A stretch of DNA of 64,000 nucleotides from an uncultured Bacteroidales bacterium (lineage in GTDB: Bacteria > Bacteroidota > Bacteroidia > Bacteroidales > P3), in NCBI GenBank assembly GCA_900320975.1, contig ONUE01000001.1, forward strand, positions 862 to 64,861, read 5' to 3'. A program made the translations under genes and the position numbers. The notes below the pieces were generated by a model. It ran no database searches, was not told the origin of the DNA, and was given only the letters and a program-made list of their open reading frames with translations. Positions 49,901-56,987 of this stretch are shown here, piece by piece (the first letter of the stretch is position 1; every line of letters begins with the position of its first letter).

Positions 49901-52900
49901 CGTTCTTACCCACGATGGTCGAGCTGAAGCCGTTATTGGCTGCCACATAGCTGTAGCCATGCACCTCGCCATAGGAGCTGTTGTCCTGCAGGGTTACGTC
50001 GACACCGTTGTTGAGCAGCAGCAGCGTATGTTGCTTGCCCGAGGCATAGGGGTCTACCAGATTCATCTTCGCGCAGTCGTCCTCACAACCGGTCGTGAGG
50101 GCGTCGTGTACCAGCGTGGCGTTATCCACCAACTGCAGCTGGCCTAACACGAGGGCGTCCTCATATACATTCAGTTCTCCGATATAGTCCACGATGGCGT
50201 CCATCTGTGCCACGTTGTATCCGCGGAAGTTCAGCACGCCGAGGTTCAGCATCGAATAGGGCTCGCTGACGAAGGCCGAGGCGGCATTGGTGCTGCCCGT
50301 GTACTCGATGGCGGTGTTGTGTATCGTCACCGAGTCGGCGCGCTGTATAGACTCGAGCTGCTTGGAGACGGCGCAGTTGTCGGTTTCGCCGTAGTTGCGC
50401 ACCTCTATTGTTGACACTATATCGCCGGCGAGTGCCGAGGTACCGGCGCCGATGATACTCTTGCGGATGTTCATGGCGGGATCGCTGCCGCCGCTCACGA
50501 TGGTGGTCTGGTAGTCCTTACCGTCGATGACCACACGGCTCTCGCCGCCGTGGTAGCCCTCCTTGGTGAACGAGGTGTTACCGGTATTGGTACCCCAGTT
50601 GGCACCTGTGTATATCGAGTGGTTGATGTAGAGGTCTTCGCTGTGCCCCATGGCATCCACCAGGCCGCTGTCCACGCCGGGCTTGAACCTGCTGTAGGCC
50701 GCCACGCTGTCGGCGATGGTGTTGCGGTAGGCGCGGCATGTGTCGAGGGCCGTGGTACCCACGTTGACGTAGGTGGAGCCGTAGACGTCACCCAAATATC
50801 CGCCACCGTAGAGGAAGCCGTTGACCGTGCCGCCCGTGATGTTCACAATCGACGAGGGGCGTTTGGTGGTCTGGTCAAACACTTTGGCGCCTGCCTGATG
50901 GTCGGTACACTCGGCCTTGTATCCGTCGTGCACGAACTCCGAGCCGCCGTAGAGGCTCTCGAAGATGTAGCCGCCGTCCATGTTGACGTTCTTCAGTCCG
51001 TAGACGATAGGTGTCTGCGTTGCATCCTGGTAGTCACCGCAGCCGCCGGCGAAGACGTTCTTCAATATCTGGCCGCCGTGCATGTTGAGGATGATATAGC
51101 TGTACTCTGCGGGGTCTTTGTGAGCTGTGAGCCAGGTGAGCGTGGTGTCGGGCACCTTGACGCTGGGTTCCGTCTCGCCTTCACGGGGCACAAGGTGATA
51201 GCTGCCGTTGCTGTTGCGCTCGTAGCGGAACACCGTACCCATTCTGCCGCCGCCGTAGACGCAGCTGTCCACCAGGCCGTCATGTATGTTCAGCTCCACA
51301 TACTCGTTGTTGGGGCGTGTGATGAACTTGTTGCCGGCATATACACCGGTATTGTATGCGCTTGCGGGGTAGGTACCGTTGCCGGCGCCATAGATGTTCT
51401 TGAACTTGCCCGAGTAGACGTTTATGACGCTTCGGTTCACGTTACCGGTGAAGTCGTTGCCGCCGTAGAGGTGGTACACGAGGTTGATGCCCTCGAAGTC
51501 GAGGTGCGCCGTGCCGCTGACGTCACTGCCCCAGCAGCCGCCATAGAGCTCGAGGAATGGCTTGTCCCAAGCCTGGTAGGTCTTGATGAAGGTCTCGGCC
51601 ACATCGCCGCCCTTGCCGCCGCCGTAGGCCTTGGCGTCGGAGATCTGCGCGGCGTGGTAGAGGTGCATGTGCGTAGCTTCCGTGACGTTGCCGCGGTGCT
51701 CGTTGTTGAGGTTCTCCCAGTCGCCCTCGCCGCCGGCGTATACCGAACCCGCGATGACGGCCGTGTCGGCACCGCCCAGCCTGTCGTCGATGACGACGCA
51801 GGTGGCGCGGCAGTCGGCCATAGAGCCGCCGCCGTAGACTGTCGTGTTGATGTCGCCGCCCCAGATGTTGACGTTCGACGAGTCGACGTCGGGTTTGCCG
51901 GCTATTGTTATCATGCGGCCCGCCGAGTCGGCAGGGTTGCCGGTCGTCGTGGAGCCGTAGGGGTATATCTTGTTCAGGTGGTTGCCGATGGGTATGAAGT
52001 CATAGCGTCCGTTCGAACCGCCCCAGATGTGGTGCACCGTGCCGCCGCTCACGTCGACACGCGTGTTGCCGCCGATAAGGCCGCTGATATCGTTGCCGCC
52101 ATACAGGTAGTTGATGCCGTTGTCATGGGTCTTGGTCACGTCGACATACGACATGCCCGCCACGTCACCCATGCGGCAGCCGCCGAAGACGGTATCGGTG
52201 ATATATACGTTTTCGCTGTTCACCTTCACATAGGTCGTCACACCCTTCACGTCTTTGTTGTTGGCATCCTTGAAGGTCTCGTGCCATCCCATACGGCCTG
52301 CGTTGGCGCCGCCGTAGACGTTCTTGGCGCTACCATTCGTCAGACGTATCTCAGGCACACAGGTGGCCATCTCGTCGTGGTTGTTGCCGCCGAAGATGGT
52401 GCCCACAAATATCTTCTTGCGGGCTTCCGCCAGGGCGTCGTCGCCGATGGGCCAGTGGTACATGCTCTCCTCGTCGGCGCTCCATTCGCCGCGGTGGTTC
52501 GTAGCGTCGACATTGTCTATCTTCGTGTTGTTGAGCAGCACAATCACCTTGTCCTGCACACCGGCGCCGTCGCCGCCGCCGTAGATGGTGTCTATGTAGC
52601 CGCCACTGGTGTGGATGTCGAGGAATGCCGACTTCTGGTGCGGGAGGTTGCCGAGGTCGGCGGCGCATATCGAGATATCGTCGTCAATGCTCTCGGTCTC
52701 GCCGGTGTAGTCCCACTCGCCGTTGCCCGAGCCGTAGAGGGTGTGTATGCGCACCGAGTCCTCCACCCGGACATACACCGAGTAGTTGGCCTCCCACTTG
52801 TTCTCCACCGAATTGTATTCGTTCAGCTGCTCGTCCAGCGAGTTGACATAGTTCGCGCAGTTGGTGTTGAACTTCTCCACGCTGTCAGCATGCGTGACGG

Positions 52901-55900
52901 CGCCGCTATAGTCTATCGTGCTGCTGTGGTAGCTGCCGAAGGAGGTTACCTGGCCCGCCACGTCGTTACCGGCGAACACGGTGTTGATGTGGGCGTTGCC
53001 CTTGATGTTCATGTAGGCGATACCGTAAATGGAGGCCATGAAGCCGCCACCGAACACCTGGCCTTGTATCTCGCCGCCGCTGATGGTGGTGTGCACCTCG
53101 CCCATCTTCACGCCGTCGGCGGGACGCAGTATCGAGGGGTTCTCCCAGGTCTCGCCCTGGTACTTGATGTGGCCGTTGCTGGCGAAGCCCACCGAGGCGT
53201 TGATACCGGCACTGTAGACGTTACCCATGATGAGGCCGCCCTTGATGTGCACGTTGGTGTTGTTGTGGGTCGGTATGAGCTTGCCCACATGCTCGTGGTA
53301 GGGGTCGTAGGCTACGCCCGTATAGGTGTCGTAGAGGTCTTCCTCGTTGTAGTAACCCGGCTTCTTGGGGTCGCTGCAGTGCAGGTAACCATCCGAGCCG
53401 CCATAGACGTCGCCGAAGACCACCACGTTACTGTCGCACACCACATAGGTGCCCTCGGCAGTGCCCTTGCGGATGGTGCCGCCGTGGCCGTCGGGAATGT
53501 CCACGCCGCCGTAGTTGCGTGCCACCGTGCTTCCCACGTCGCCGCTGACGTCGTTACCGCCGTTGATGTAGCCGAAAGCACCGCCTGCGGCATAGACACC
53601 GCACGAGTACTTCACGTTGGCCTGGCGGCAGCCGCCGTACACATATTCACAGATGATATTGGAGGTGTGCAGTGCCGTCACTATGGAACCAATCATGCCC
53701 GGCATGGGGCCGTCCCAGCCTGAATTATAGGGTGCTTCGTTCGGGCCAAGGGATTTCAGCAGCAGGTTGTTGTAGATGGAAGGCAGACCCACGCCGGAAT
53801 GGCCGTTGTTGTTCATATCGCCGGCATTGCCACCGCCGTAAATAGAGCACACGCCGCCCGAGTGCAGCTGCACCATGGACACAGTGCTCATAGTGGCAGC
53901 GTTGTTGCCGCCGAAGAGGCAGCGTATGTTGTAGCGTCCTTGGTCACCTTCCCACTCGTCGATGTTCGTGTTGCGGCAGTTGTCGGTGGTGTCGGTGGTG
54001 GGGTTGGTCCAGATGAAGTGGCCGTTGTGGCCGAAACGGTCTATCTCGCCGTTGCGCAAGCATTCCACAGTGCCGTAGGCCTGGGTCACGGTGGCGTTGT
54101 TGCCGCCGAGGAACACGGTGTCGCACATGCCGCCGAGGATTCTCACGTTGGCGTGCGAGCCGTCCACCAGGTTGCCGCCGCCGAAGAGGTGGCGTATGCC
54201 GAAGTCGCGTCCGTAGCCGCTGAGGAGGGTGTTCTCGATGTCCTCCTCGTCGGTGAGCTTGGTGTTGAAGACGTCGACGAACACCGTCGAGGTCGTGGCC
54301 ACCTGGCCGCCGTAGTTGTTGCCGCCGAAGACGGTCATCAGGGTGCCGCCGTTGATGTCGATGGTAACACCGTTGGCAGGCTCTTCCTCTGAAGCCGTCA
54401 CACCGATATAGGCGTTCTCGGCGCCGCCGAAGAGCGAGTCGATGAGGATATAGTCGTTGTGCAGGTAGTGGTAGTCGTCCACGGTGTCGCTCACGCCCAC
54501 GGTGATGTGGCTCGTGCGTATGTAGGGTATGGTGCCCGAGTAGATGGCGTCAGTATGGGTGCCCTGGCCCTTCTCGGCGTGGGTGAAGTTCGCCAAGTTG
54601 TCCGTGGGGTCGAAGCCGAAGGTGTGGTCCACCACGGGCGTGGCGCCAAGGGTTCCCGAGGTGCCCCAGGGGTACACTTTGCCCTCGAAGGCATAGTCGC
54701 CGCCGTAGATGCCGCGGCCGGAGAGCACGCTGTTGTCTCTCCAGCAGGCCGACTCCTCTCCTCCGGCGAGGCGCGCGGCGAGGTCATACAAGCCTCCGTA
54801 GCTGTAATATCCGCAGCCGCCGCCGTAGATATATCCGATGTGCACGGGGTGCTCCTCGCCGGTGAGTTCGGTGCCCAGCTGTATGGTGGCGCCCTTCTCG
54901 CCCTGCACCCAGCCGGCGATATCGTTGCCGCCGTAGAGAGCGTAGATGGTGTCGGCGCTGTGCACGGTGATGTGTGTGTTGCCGCCCACGATGTCGTTGG
55001 TCTCGCTGCCCACGGTGTTGTTGCCGTAGTCCCAGCCCACGTTGGCCACGCGGCCACCGCCGAAGACCATGCCGCCGATGGCGGGGCCTCGGCGCGCCTT
55101 CACGACGGTGCGTTCAGGGGTGTAGCTGATATAGAGGGTGTCTTTGTGCACCTGCGTGGTGCCGTTGCTGTAGTACACCGTGGTGGTCAGGTGTACGCTG
55201 TGGCGGCTAACGGGGGGCTCGCTGACGATGAACGACAACTCGTAGTTGTTGGCCTCATTGTTGCGGCTGTTGTCGAGGGTGAGGTAGCGGCTGGAACGGG
55301 GGTCGACGCCGAAGCGCACCGAGTCGATGGTGGTCTCGTCGTTGAGGGTGTCGGGCATCTGACGGTGCTTCTCGTAGGCGCCGCCGTGCGATTCGGGCCA
55401 GTAGTAGAGGGTGTCGCGTGTGGCCACACCGTTGCTGCCGTAGATCTCGTTTTCGCGATAGTCATAACTCAGCGATATACCGCGACGGTAGCTCTCCTCG
55501 ACGTACATGTTGTACTCCGGCACCACCTTCATGATGATTGTGTGGTCGCGGTTGTAGGTGATGTTGGGGTTCAGCACCAGAGTGTCCTCGTAGGTTAGCT
55601 CCAGGTTGTGGATTTCATAGGGGTCGACGTCCTGGCCTTTCTTCTTGCCCATCACATCCTGCAGACCCTTGCCGTCGACAATCTTGCCAATCTCGCGGTC
55701 GTTGTAGGTGGCCGTCACAGGCATCACTGTGGCCGGCATGCCGTGGGGGATGTTGTACCTCGTGTGGTCCACTGTGATGACGCGGTTGTCGTAGAAGGTT
55801 ACAGTAGGGGTGGGGAAGTAGCTTCGCTCTTCATCCAGTGTAGAGTAGGGAGGGTTGTAGTCATTGTTGTTGTAGGGGTTGTACATCAGCTCGTCGGGGC

Positions 55901-56747
55901 GCTGGTAGCTGTGGTTCGACAAGGTGTCCCATGTGCCGAGCATGATGTTGTCATGGTGACCAATGGTGTCGAACATAATCCAGTAGTAGCGGCTGCTGTT
56001 GTTCTCCGTCACCGTCACAGCGGCGCCGAAGTCCCAGTCGAACCATTCCGTCTCAATTTTCACGTTGTCGCCGACGGCAGTGGCGTCAACGCCTATCAGG
56101 TTGTTGCCCTCGGCGTCGGTATGGTGGTTCAAGCGGTAGATGTAGGTGTTGCCGTCGCGTTCGCAATACCACTCTTGGTAGTAGAAACCTGTCTGGCCGC
56201 CGGTGGTGGAGCTGCGCTCCCACAGGCAGAGCGGGTCGAAGCCCTGCGTAAGGTTGTTATAGAGGCCGTGTGTGCCGAAGCTGTTCACCTCGGCCACGCG
56301 CCAAGGCACCACCCTGCCCTCCATTTTTCCGGTGGTGGAGTTGTATATGGTGTCGAGCTTCAGGTATACCTCGCCCTGCGACACTATGAGGTTGGTGTTC
56401 TCCTCGGCATGGTGCCCCAAGGTTCTTATCTCGTCCCAGCTGCTCGTCTCGTCCCAGCCGCGCACATAGCGGTTGGCGGCATCCTGGTCCGCAGGCGGGT
56501 TGTCGCCGTCGATCCACCACAGGTTGCCGTTGGTGAGGGTATAGAAAGTCTTGGTCTCCGACTGTGCCTGGGCCGTCGGCATCATTCCTGCCATCGTCAG
56601 CAGGAACACCAGCAGGAACATCACTCTGTGGATGCCTTTCTCGTGTGCGCACGTTGCGCCCGTGTAATATTTATATTTTATAGTGCTCAGCATGGTATAT
56701 CTACAATCAAATAACCGGTCAACCCTATGCAACAGCCTGGTATACAT
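43950..56747 (-). CDS. Giant (4265-aa) T9SS-sorted cell-surface repeat protein (gene B)
   Basis: One uninterrupted ORF. Signal peptide ...MFLLVFLLTMAGMMPTAQA. ~1550-aa [F/Y]GGG glycine-rich repeat region, one SprB-like repeat, GLUG-type repeats, CDS-motif modules and a C-terminal T9SS sorting domain. Alternative starts at 56693 (M19) or 56621 (M43). Confidence 0.9.
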   Translation of the reverse strand: MYTRLLHRVDRLFDCRYTMLSTIKYKYYTGATCAHEKGIHRVMFLLVFLLTMAGMMPTAQAQSETKTFYTLTNGNLWWIDGDNPPADQDAANRYVRGWDETSSWDEIRTLGHHAEENTNLIVSQGEVYLKLDTIYNSTTGKMEGRVVPWRVAEVNSFGTHGLYNNLTQGFDPLCLWERSSTTGGQTGFYYQEWYCERDGNTYIYRLNHHTDAEGNNLIGVDATAVGDNVKIETEWFDWDFGAAVTVTENNSSRYYWIMFDTIGHHDNIMLGTWDTLSNHSYQRPDELMYNPYNNNDYNPPYSTLDEERSYFPTPTVTFYDNRVITVDHTRYNIPHGMPATVMPVTATYNDREIGKIVDGKGLQDVMGKKKGQDVDPYEIHNLELTYEDTLVLNPNITYNRDHTIIMKVVPEYNMYVEESYRRGISLSYDYRENEIYGSNGVATRDTLYYWPESHGGAYEKHRQMPDTLNDETTIDSVRFGVDPRSSRYLTLDNSRNNEANNYELSFIVSEPPVSRHSVHLTTTVYYSNGTTQVHKDTLYISYTPERTVVKARRGPAIGGMVFGGGRVANVGWDYGNNTVGSETNDIVGGNTHITVHSADTIYALYGGNDIAGWVQGEKGATIQLGTELTGEEHPVHIGYIYGGGCGYYSYGGLYDLAARLAGGEESACWRDNSVLSGRGIYGGDYAFEGKVYPWGTSGTLGATPVVDHTFGFDPTDNLANFTHAEKGQGTHTDAIYSGTIPYIRTSHITVGVSDTVDDYHYLHNDYILIDSLFGGAENAYIGVTASEEEPANGVTIDINGGTLMTVFGGNNYGGQVATTSTVFVDVFNTKLTDEEDIENTLLSGYGRDFGIRHLFGGGNLVDGSHANVRILGGMCDTVFLGGNNATVTQAYGTVECLRNGEIDRFGHNGHFIWTNPTTDTTDNCRNTNIDEWEGDQGRYNIRCLFGGNNAATMSTVSMVQLHSGGVCSIYGGGNAGDMNNNGHSGVGLPSIYNNLLLKSLGPNEAPYNSGWDGPMPGMIGSIVTALHTSNIICEYVYGGCRQANVKYSCGVYAAGGAFGYINGGNDVSGDVGSTVARNYGGVDIPDGHGGTIRKGTAEGTYVVCDSNVVVFGDVYGGSDGYLHCSDPKKPGYYNEEDLYDTYTGVAYDPYHEHVGKLIPTHNNTNVHIKGGLIMGNVYSAGINASVGFASNGHIKYQGETWENPSILRPADGVKMGEVHTTISGGEIQGQVFGGGFMASIYGIAYMNIKGNAHINTVFAGNDVAGQVTSFGSYHSSTIDYSGAVTHADSVEKFNTNCANYVNSLDEQLNEYNSVENKWEANYSVYVRVEDSVRIHTLYGSGNGEWDYTGETESIDDDISICAADLGNLPHQKSAFLDIHTSGGYIDTIYGGGDGAGVQDKVIVLLNNTKIDNVDATNHRGEWSADEESMYHWPIGDDALAEARKKIFVGTIFGGNNHDEMATCVPEIRLTNGSAKNVYGGANAGRMGWHETFKDANNKDVKGVTTYVKVNSENVYITDTVFGGCRMGDVAGMSYVDVTKTHDNGINYLYGGNDISGLIGGNTRVDVSGGTVHHIWGGSNGRYDFIPIGNHLNKIYPYGSTTTGNPADSAGRMITIAGKPDVDSSNVNIWGGDINTTVYGGGSMADCRATCVVIDDRLGGADTAVIAGSVYAGGEGDWENLNNEHRGNVTEATHMHLYHAAQISDAKAYGGGKGGDVAETFIKTYQAWDKPFLELYGGCWGSDVSGTAHLDFEGINLVYHLYGGNDFTGNVNRSVINVYSGKFKNIYGAGNGTYPASAYNTGVYAGNKFITRPNNEYVELNIHDGLVDSCVYGGGRMGTVFRYERNSNGSYHLVPREGETEPSVKVPDTTLTWLTAHKDPAEYSYIILNMHGGQILKNVFAGGCGDYQDATQTPIVYGLKNVNMDGGYIFESLYGGSEFVHDGYKAECTDHQAGAKVFDQTTKRPSSIVNITGGTVNGFLYGGGYLGDVYGSTYVNVGTTALDTCRAYRNTIADSVAAYSRFKPGVDSGLVDAMGHSEDLYINHSIYTGANWGTNTGNTSFTKEGYHGGESRVVIDGKDYQTTIVSGGSDPAMNIRKSIIGAGTSALAGDIVSTIEVRNYGETDNCAVSKQLESIQRADSVTIHNTAIEYTGSTNAASAFVSEPYSMLNLGVLNFRGYNVAQMDAIVDYIGELNVYEDALVLGQLQLVDNATLVHDALTTGCEDDCAKMNLVDPYASGKQHTLLLLNNGVDVTLQDNSSYGEVHGYSYVAANNGFSSTIVGKNVQNNSTDDGFVATCQDSNKVADDRLADNITWSDRTDDDAEHVFTNYNSKNYRVWRAGDGLRKRETTILAHTVPDSLPNSDVAVLFKEGALKLAIAEAEITLPATDGGNYYLLDGTSGFSISGENAPLNLVDSAWLTSYSGGVNGDNSIRSHHANNTDVYEDETANGGPHGKWDQAALSSESLKTGVSEIQRSPENTFGLVMVPVTTTGEFPSSTPIYPDEGTPSASLVVSGNSYVNAAGIYRSPQVAEGSQIRPKMRFYLTYDTNFTSAFLGTVSFVMKEMKPAGAEGTAGDIEVGKVEVKVYISTIVEDFKDMEEDVIAIYNNGRTNTFTRKVMLPAVMEERDLYLTAVKWVPTNATTGNGEEINPSTVSYTTDHFYMVPDETAVTSTDPNYPRTTEPWTSHTDHSSHNRFAMSIVPGENISTDLNAVIGWNSLRVDTINVYRLIDSTGTGVIEGVGTWSTDTMLSKSLPGFTPAGATQPYGANGLMIGTLNGRGSTVLNVSLNFDGNRTYDGINGKGYVGKVVLTFKSIHNDEERGTFNLTVNVKTREHGDTIYIASNPDYVERGGVKVFPYKYSYRYTHAEVGELLRDKVILGKSPGCYVNNFQQALATGVYQEGDVLCIIDTVKIGNGQNVFIQGATGPAIEVIRYEGHHHDLPGDSCVYRGPMVQVAGSSATFSARNIAFHGGACGHIKPCKRVADVPQYSSVVTNDTEVTGAPTTTQYYVPLAVGIAKPDTNVAYAPILQIMDSGTVTLSDGTSVRHNWNGYGVRASERTAGISSRPRDMGAVSLTNGGILKLQNNVTFLDNFVHTMPVDSTADPLYDAHKPGNGTIYIDGGILELEESSPLSSILIAENHLMNPGIHSSDPATREAIRWWTYYPDPDNPATATRWEVNPAKYADWPKANVYLTRTQTSTGNVVKDTMGDVKSDLILVSGTQSNTSSIGVRKWFPGVTMRDTMAFATFEGGDNSILSDAVYNGVFTSDDNERIFYNTKVNSMYAYLFRCATFKHQWYASGTHTTIDPLAVIDANGDDTPDFTAEEIKSSSPLHFGYIENSCPLGGDSIIYRLQGGFAPYTYTWTDPDFTDPFRTAETPYANAVVQNELLDVTLTNEQRLEKYLASIADTLYLPYIKLSTDQAQLSHTIRVTATDATGECTLYKDINLTINRSFDNTPSPITYFASTSTAEQRADTNNWSLTPTDGWTDTARAKIAYGSRNYKAIHVVPYVWVDRNSGTISAMVAGDDNDHVYEYVSESERHELSNLYFCEGDIVVLKAREPYTSVTPNTHFLMWDFDPYYKNPAAYVVPPHESDVIAYFGPNSYWHEHIHTTAEAHAEYDDHYYYQRPAGANYATSYHGDVHIYNEEGLAWFISVVNGLNGVQARQFYFNKVYLHDKAEGYNMKDYLWTPVGTEHQPFRGWFIGVGSGDTDTEPLHHYENHSTHAIVLDPNGMEPGTVDTIYDKVIVKNIIVNEPEMEYTGFFGNLDTARISGIELQGVFARGAQYVGALAAASRDAKVDNVAVTTNEEGALINTTTILTTHYVSGGLIGQSNNDKITNSTSYAKYIGDAVYSGGMIGYGNADTLHNSVARNDNRMNGIYVGGLVGYSTGDDNQKAFSGLKRLFGSKSKAAGKPSHIANNYVMLVSNGHSNRVGGLVGYAQNTVLENNYVYGEVIGENNAGGVAATMANNAKADRNYYAEDASKQAVGNTTGSTSLTNTATFKGKGNQVSISNPVGGVNNLTRVLNAWVRQQNAQGGNYKTWRSDLETVNNGYPIYGTPDMIPVRDSMTVYGCDSVEWEGIAYNDGDTISRRVIDNVEMIDSTMHIRFVLHYGSVVNLSDSTILGEAYEGYGFTMSQEESELLRNNLDSLGQVTIVLTDTVQSVYGCDSIVSLTLIFHDTIVNQPEPASTSPSDIRAYPNPTLNYVTIEAASLQHVELYDNEGRKLEDYDANGNETITINVANRSTGIYYLRIHAGDNVTIQKLIKQ
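43953..44177 (-). other. T9SS C-terminal sorting domain (type A CTD) of gene B
   Basis: AYPNPTLNYVTIEA...VELYDNEGRKL...INVANRSTGIYYLRIHAGDNVTIQKLIKQ matches the Por-secretion-tail pattern (YPNP, hydrophobic strands, G.Y.(L/V).(I/V), terminal K(L/V)(I/V)K). Confidence 0.85.
44793..45410 (-). repeat. GLUG-type repeat block in gene B
   Basis: Six units: YVGALAAASRDAKVDNV, VSGGLIGQSNNDKITNS, YSGGMIGYGNADTLHNS, YVGGLVGYSTGDDNQ, RVGGLVGYAQNTVLENN, NAGGVAATMANNAKADRN. Paralogous to the C-terminal half of gene D. Coordinates are approximate. Confidence 0.7.
46400..46750 (-). other. Single SprB-like repeat in gene B
   Basis: CPLGGDSIIYRLQGGFAPYTYTWTDP...IRVTATDATGECTLYKDINLTINR resembles the SprB repeat pattern (C..G......GG..PYTY.W......TD..GC). 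Coordinates are approximate. Confidence 0.5.
50400..55085 (-). repeat. Glycine-rich [F/Y]GGG repeat region of gene B (predicted beta-helix/solenoid)
   Basis: Dozens of irregularly spaced motifs (VFGGGRVANVG, LYGGNDIAG, IYGGGCGYY, LFGGGNLVDGS, IYGGGNAGD, VYGGCRQAN, VFGGGFMAS, IYGGGDGAG ... LYGGGYLGDVYG). Same motif family as gene A. Coordinates are approximate. Confidence 0.75.
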
Positions 56748-56759
56748 TTATGTATACCA
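56738..56759. promoter_or_regulatory. Perfect 9-bp inverted repeat (TGGTATACA-ttta-TGTATACCA) in the gene B leader
   Basis: Lies ~20-40 nt downstream of the predicted -7 box. The most upstream in-frame ATG (56747) straddles the stem/loop junction (C,A in the stem, T in the loop). Confidence 0.6.
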
Positions 56760-56783
56760 AACCGCATAGTCTTGTCCGTATTG

Positions 56784-56814
56784 CAAAGATACTAAAATAA
56801 TTCATTCCGACAAA
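56784..56814 (-). promoter_or_regulatory. Predicted gene B promoter (-33 TTTG, -7 TATCTTTG)
   Basis: Plus-strand CAAAGATA at 56784-56791 and CAAA at 56811-56814, exact 19-nt spacing. Matches the Bacteroidetes sigma-A consensus. Confidence 0.6.
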
Positions 56815-56868
56815 AAATTGTTCTCGCTTCGTTTTTTGTGCTTTTTTTCTCTCTCTAACTCCTTGTTT

Positions 56869-56975
56869 CTCCGTACCCTCTCCGTCCCCCCTCCGTCCCC
56901 GCTCCGACTGAACACCGGGAAAACGTAGTAAAATCCTCGGAGAAGTGCCGGTGAGGGGTCGGAGCGGCGGCGGAG
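56869..56975 (-). repeat. Intergenic hairpin/G-tract repeat element, copy 3 (minus orientation)
   Basis: The reverse complement reads CTCCGCCGCCGCTCCGACCCCTCACCGGCACTTCTCCGAGGATTTTACTACGTTTTCCCGGTGTTCAGTCGGAGCGGGGACGGAGGGGGGACGGAGAGGGTACGGAG. Begins 13 nt after the gene A stop and ends ~55 nt upstream of the gene B -33 box. Confidence 0.88.
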
Positions 56976-56987
56976 TTTATTCGTTGT

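Noticed and set aside
56748-56987. Possible invertible (phase-variable) promoter between genes A and B, as seen upstream of many Bacteroidales surface loci.
   Set aside because: I found no pair of inverted repeats flanking the promoter (56784-56814). The only inverted repeats are the local 9-bp palindrome downstream of it and the hairpin arms internal to the repeat element upstream. No recombinase gene is nearby in the window.
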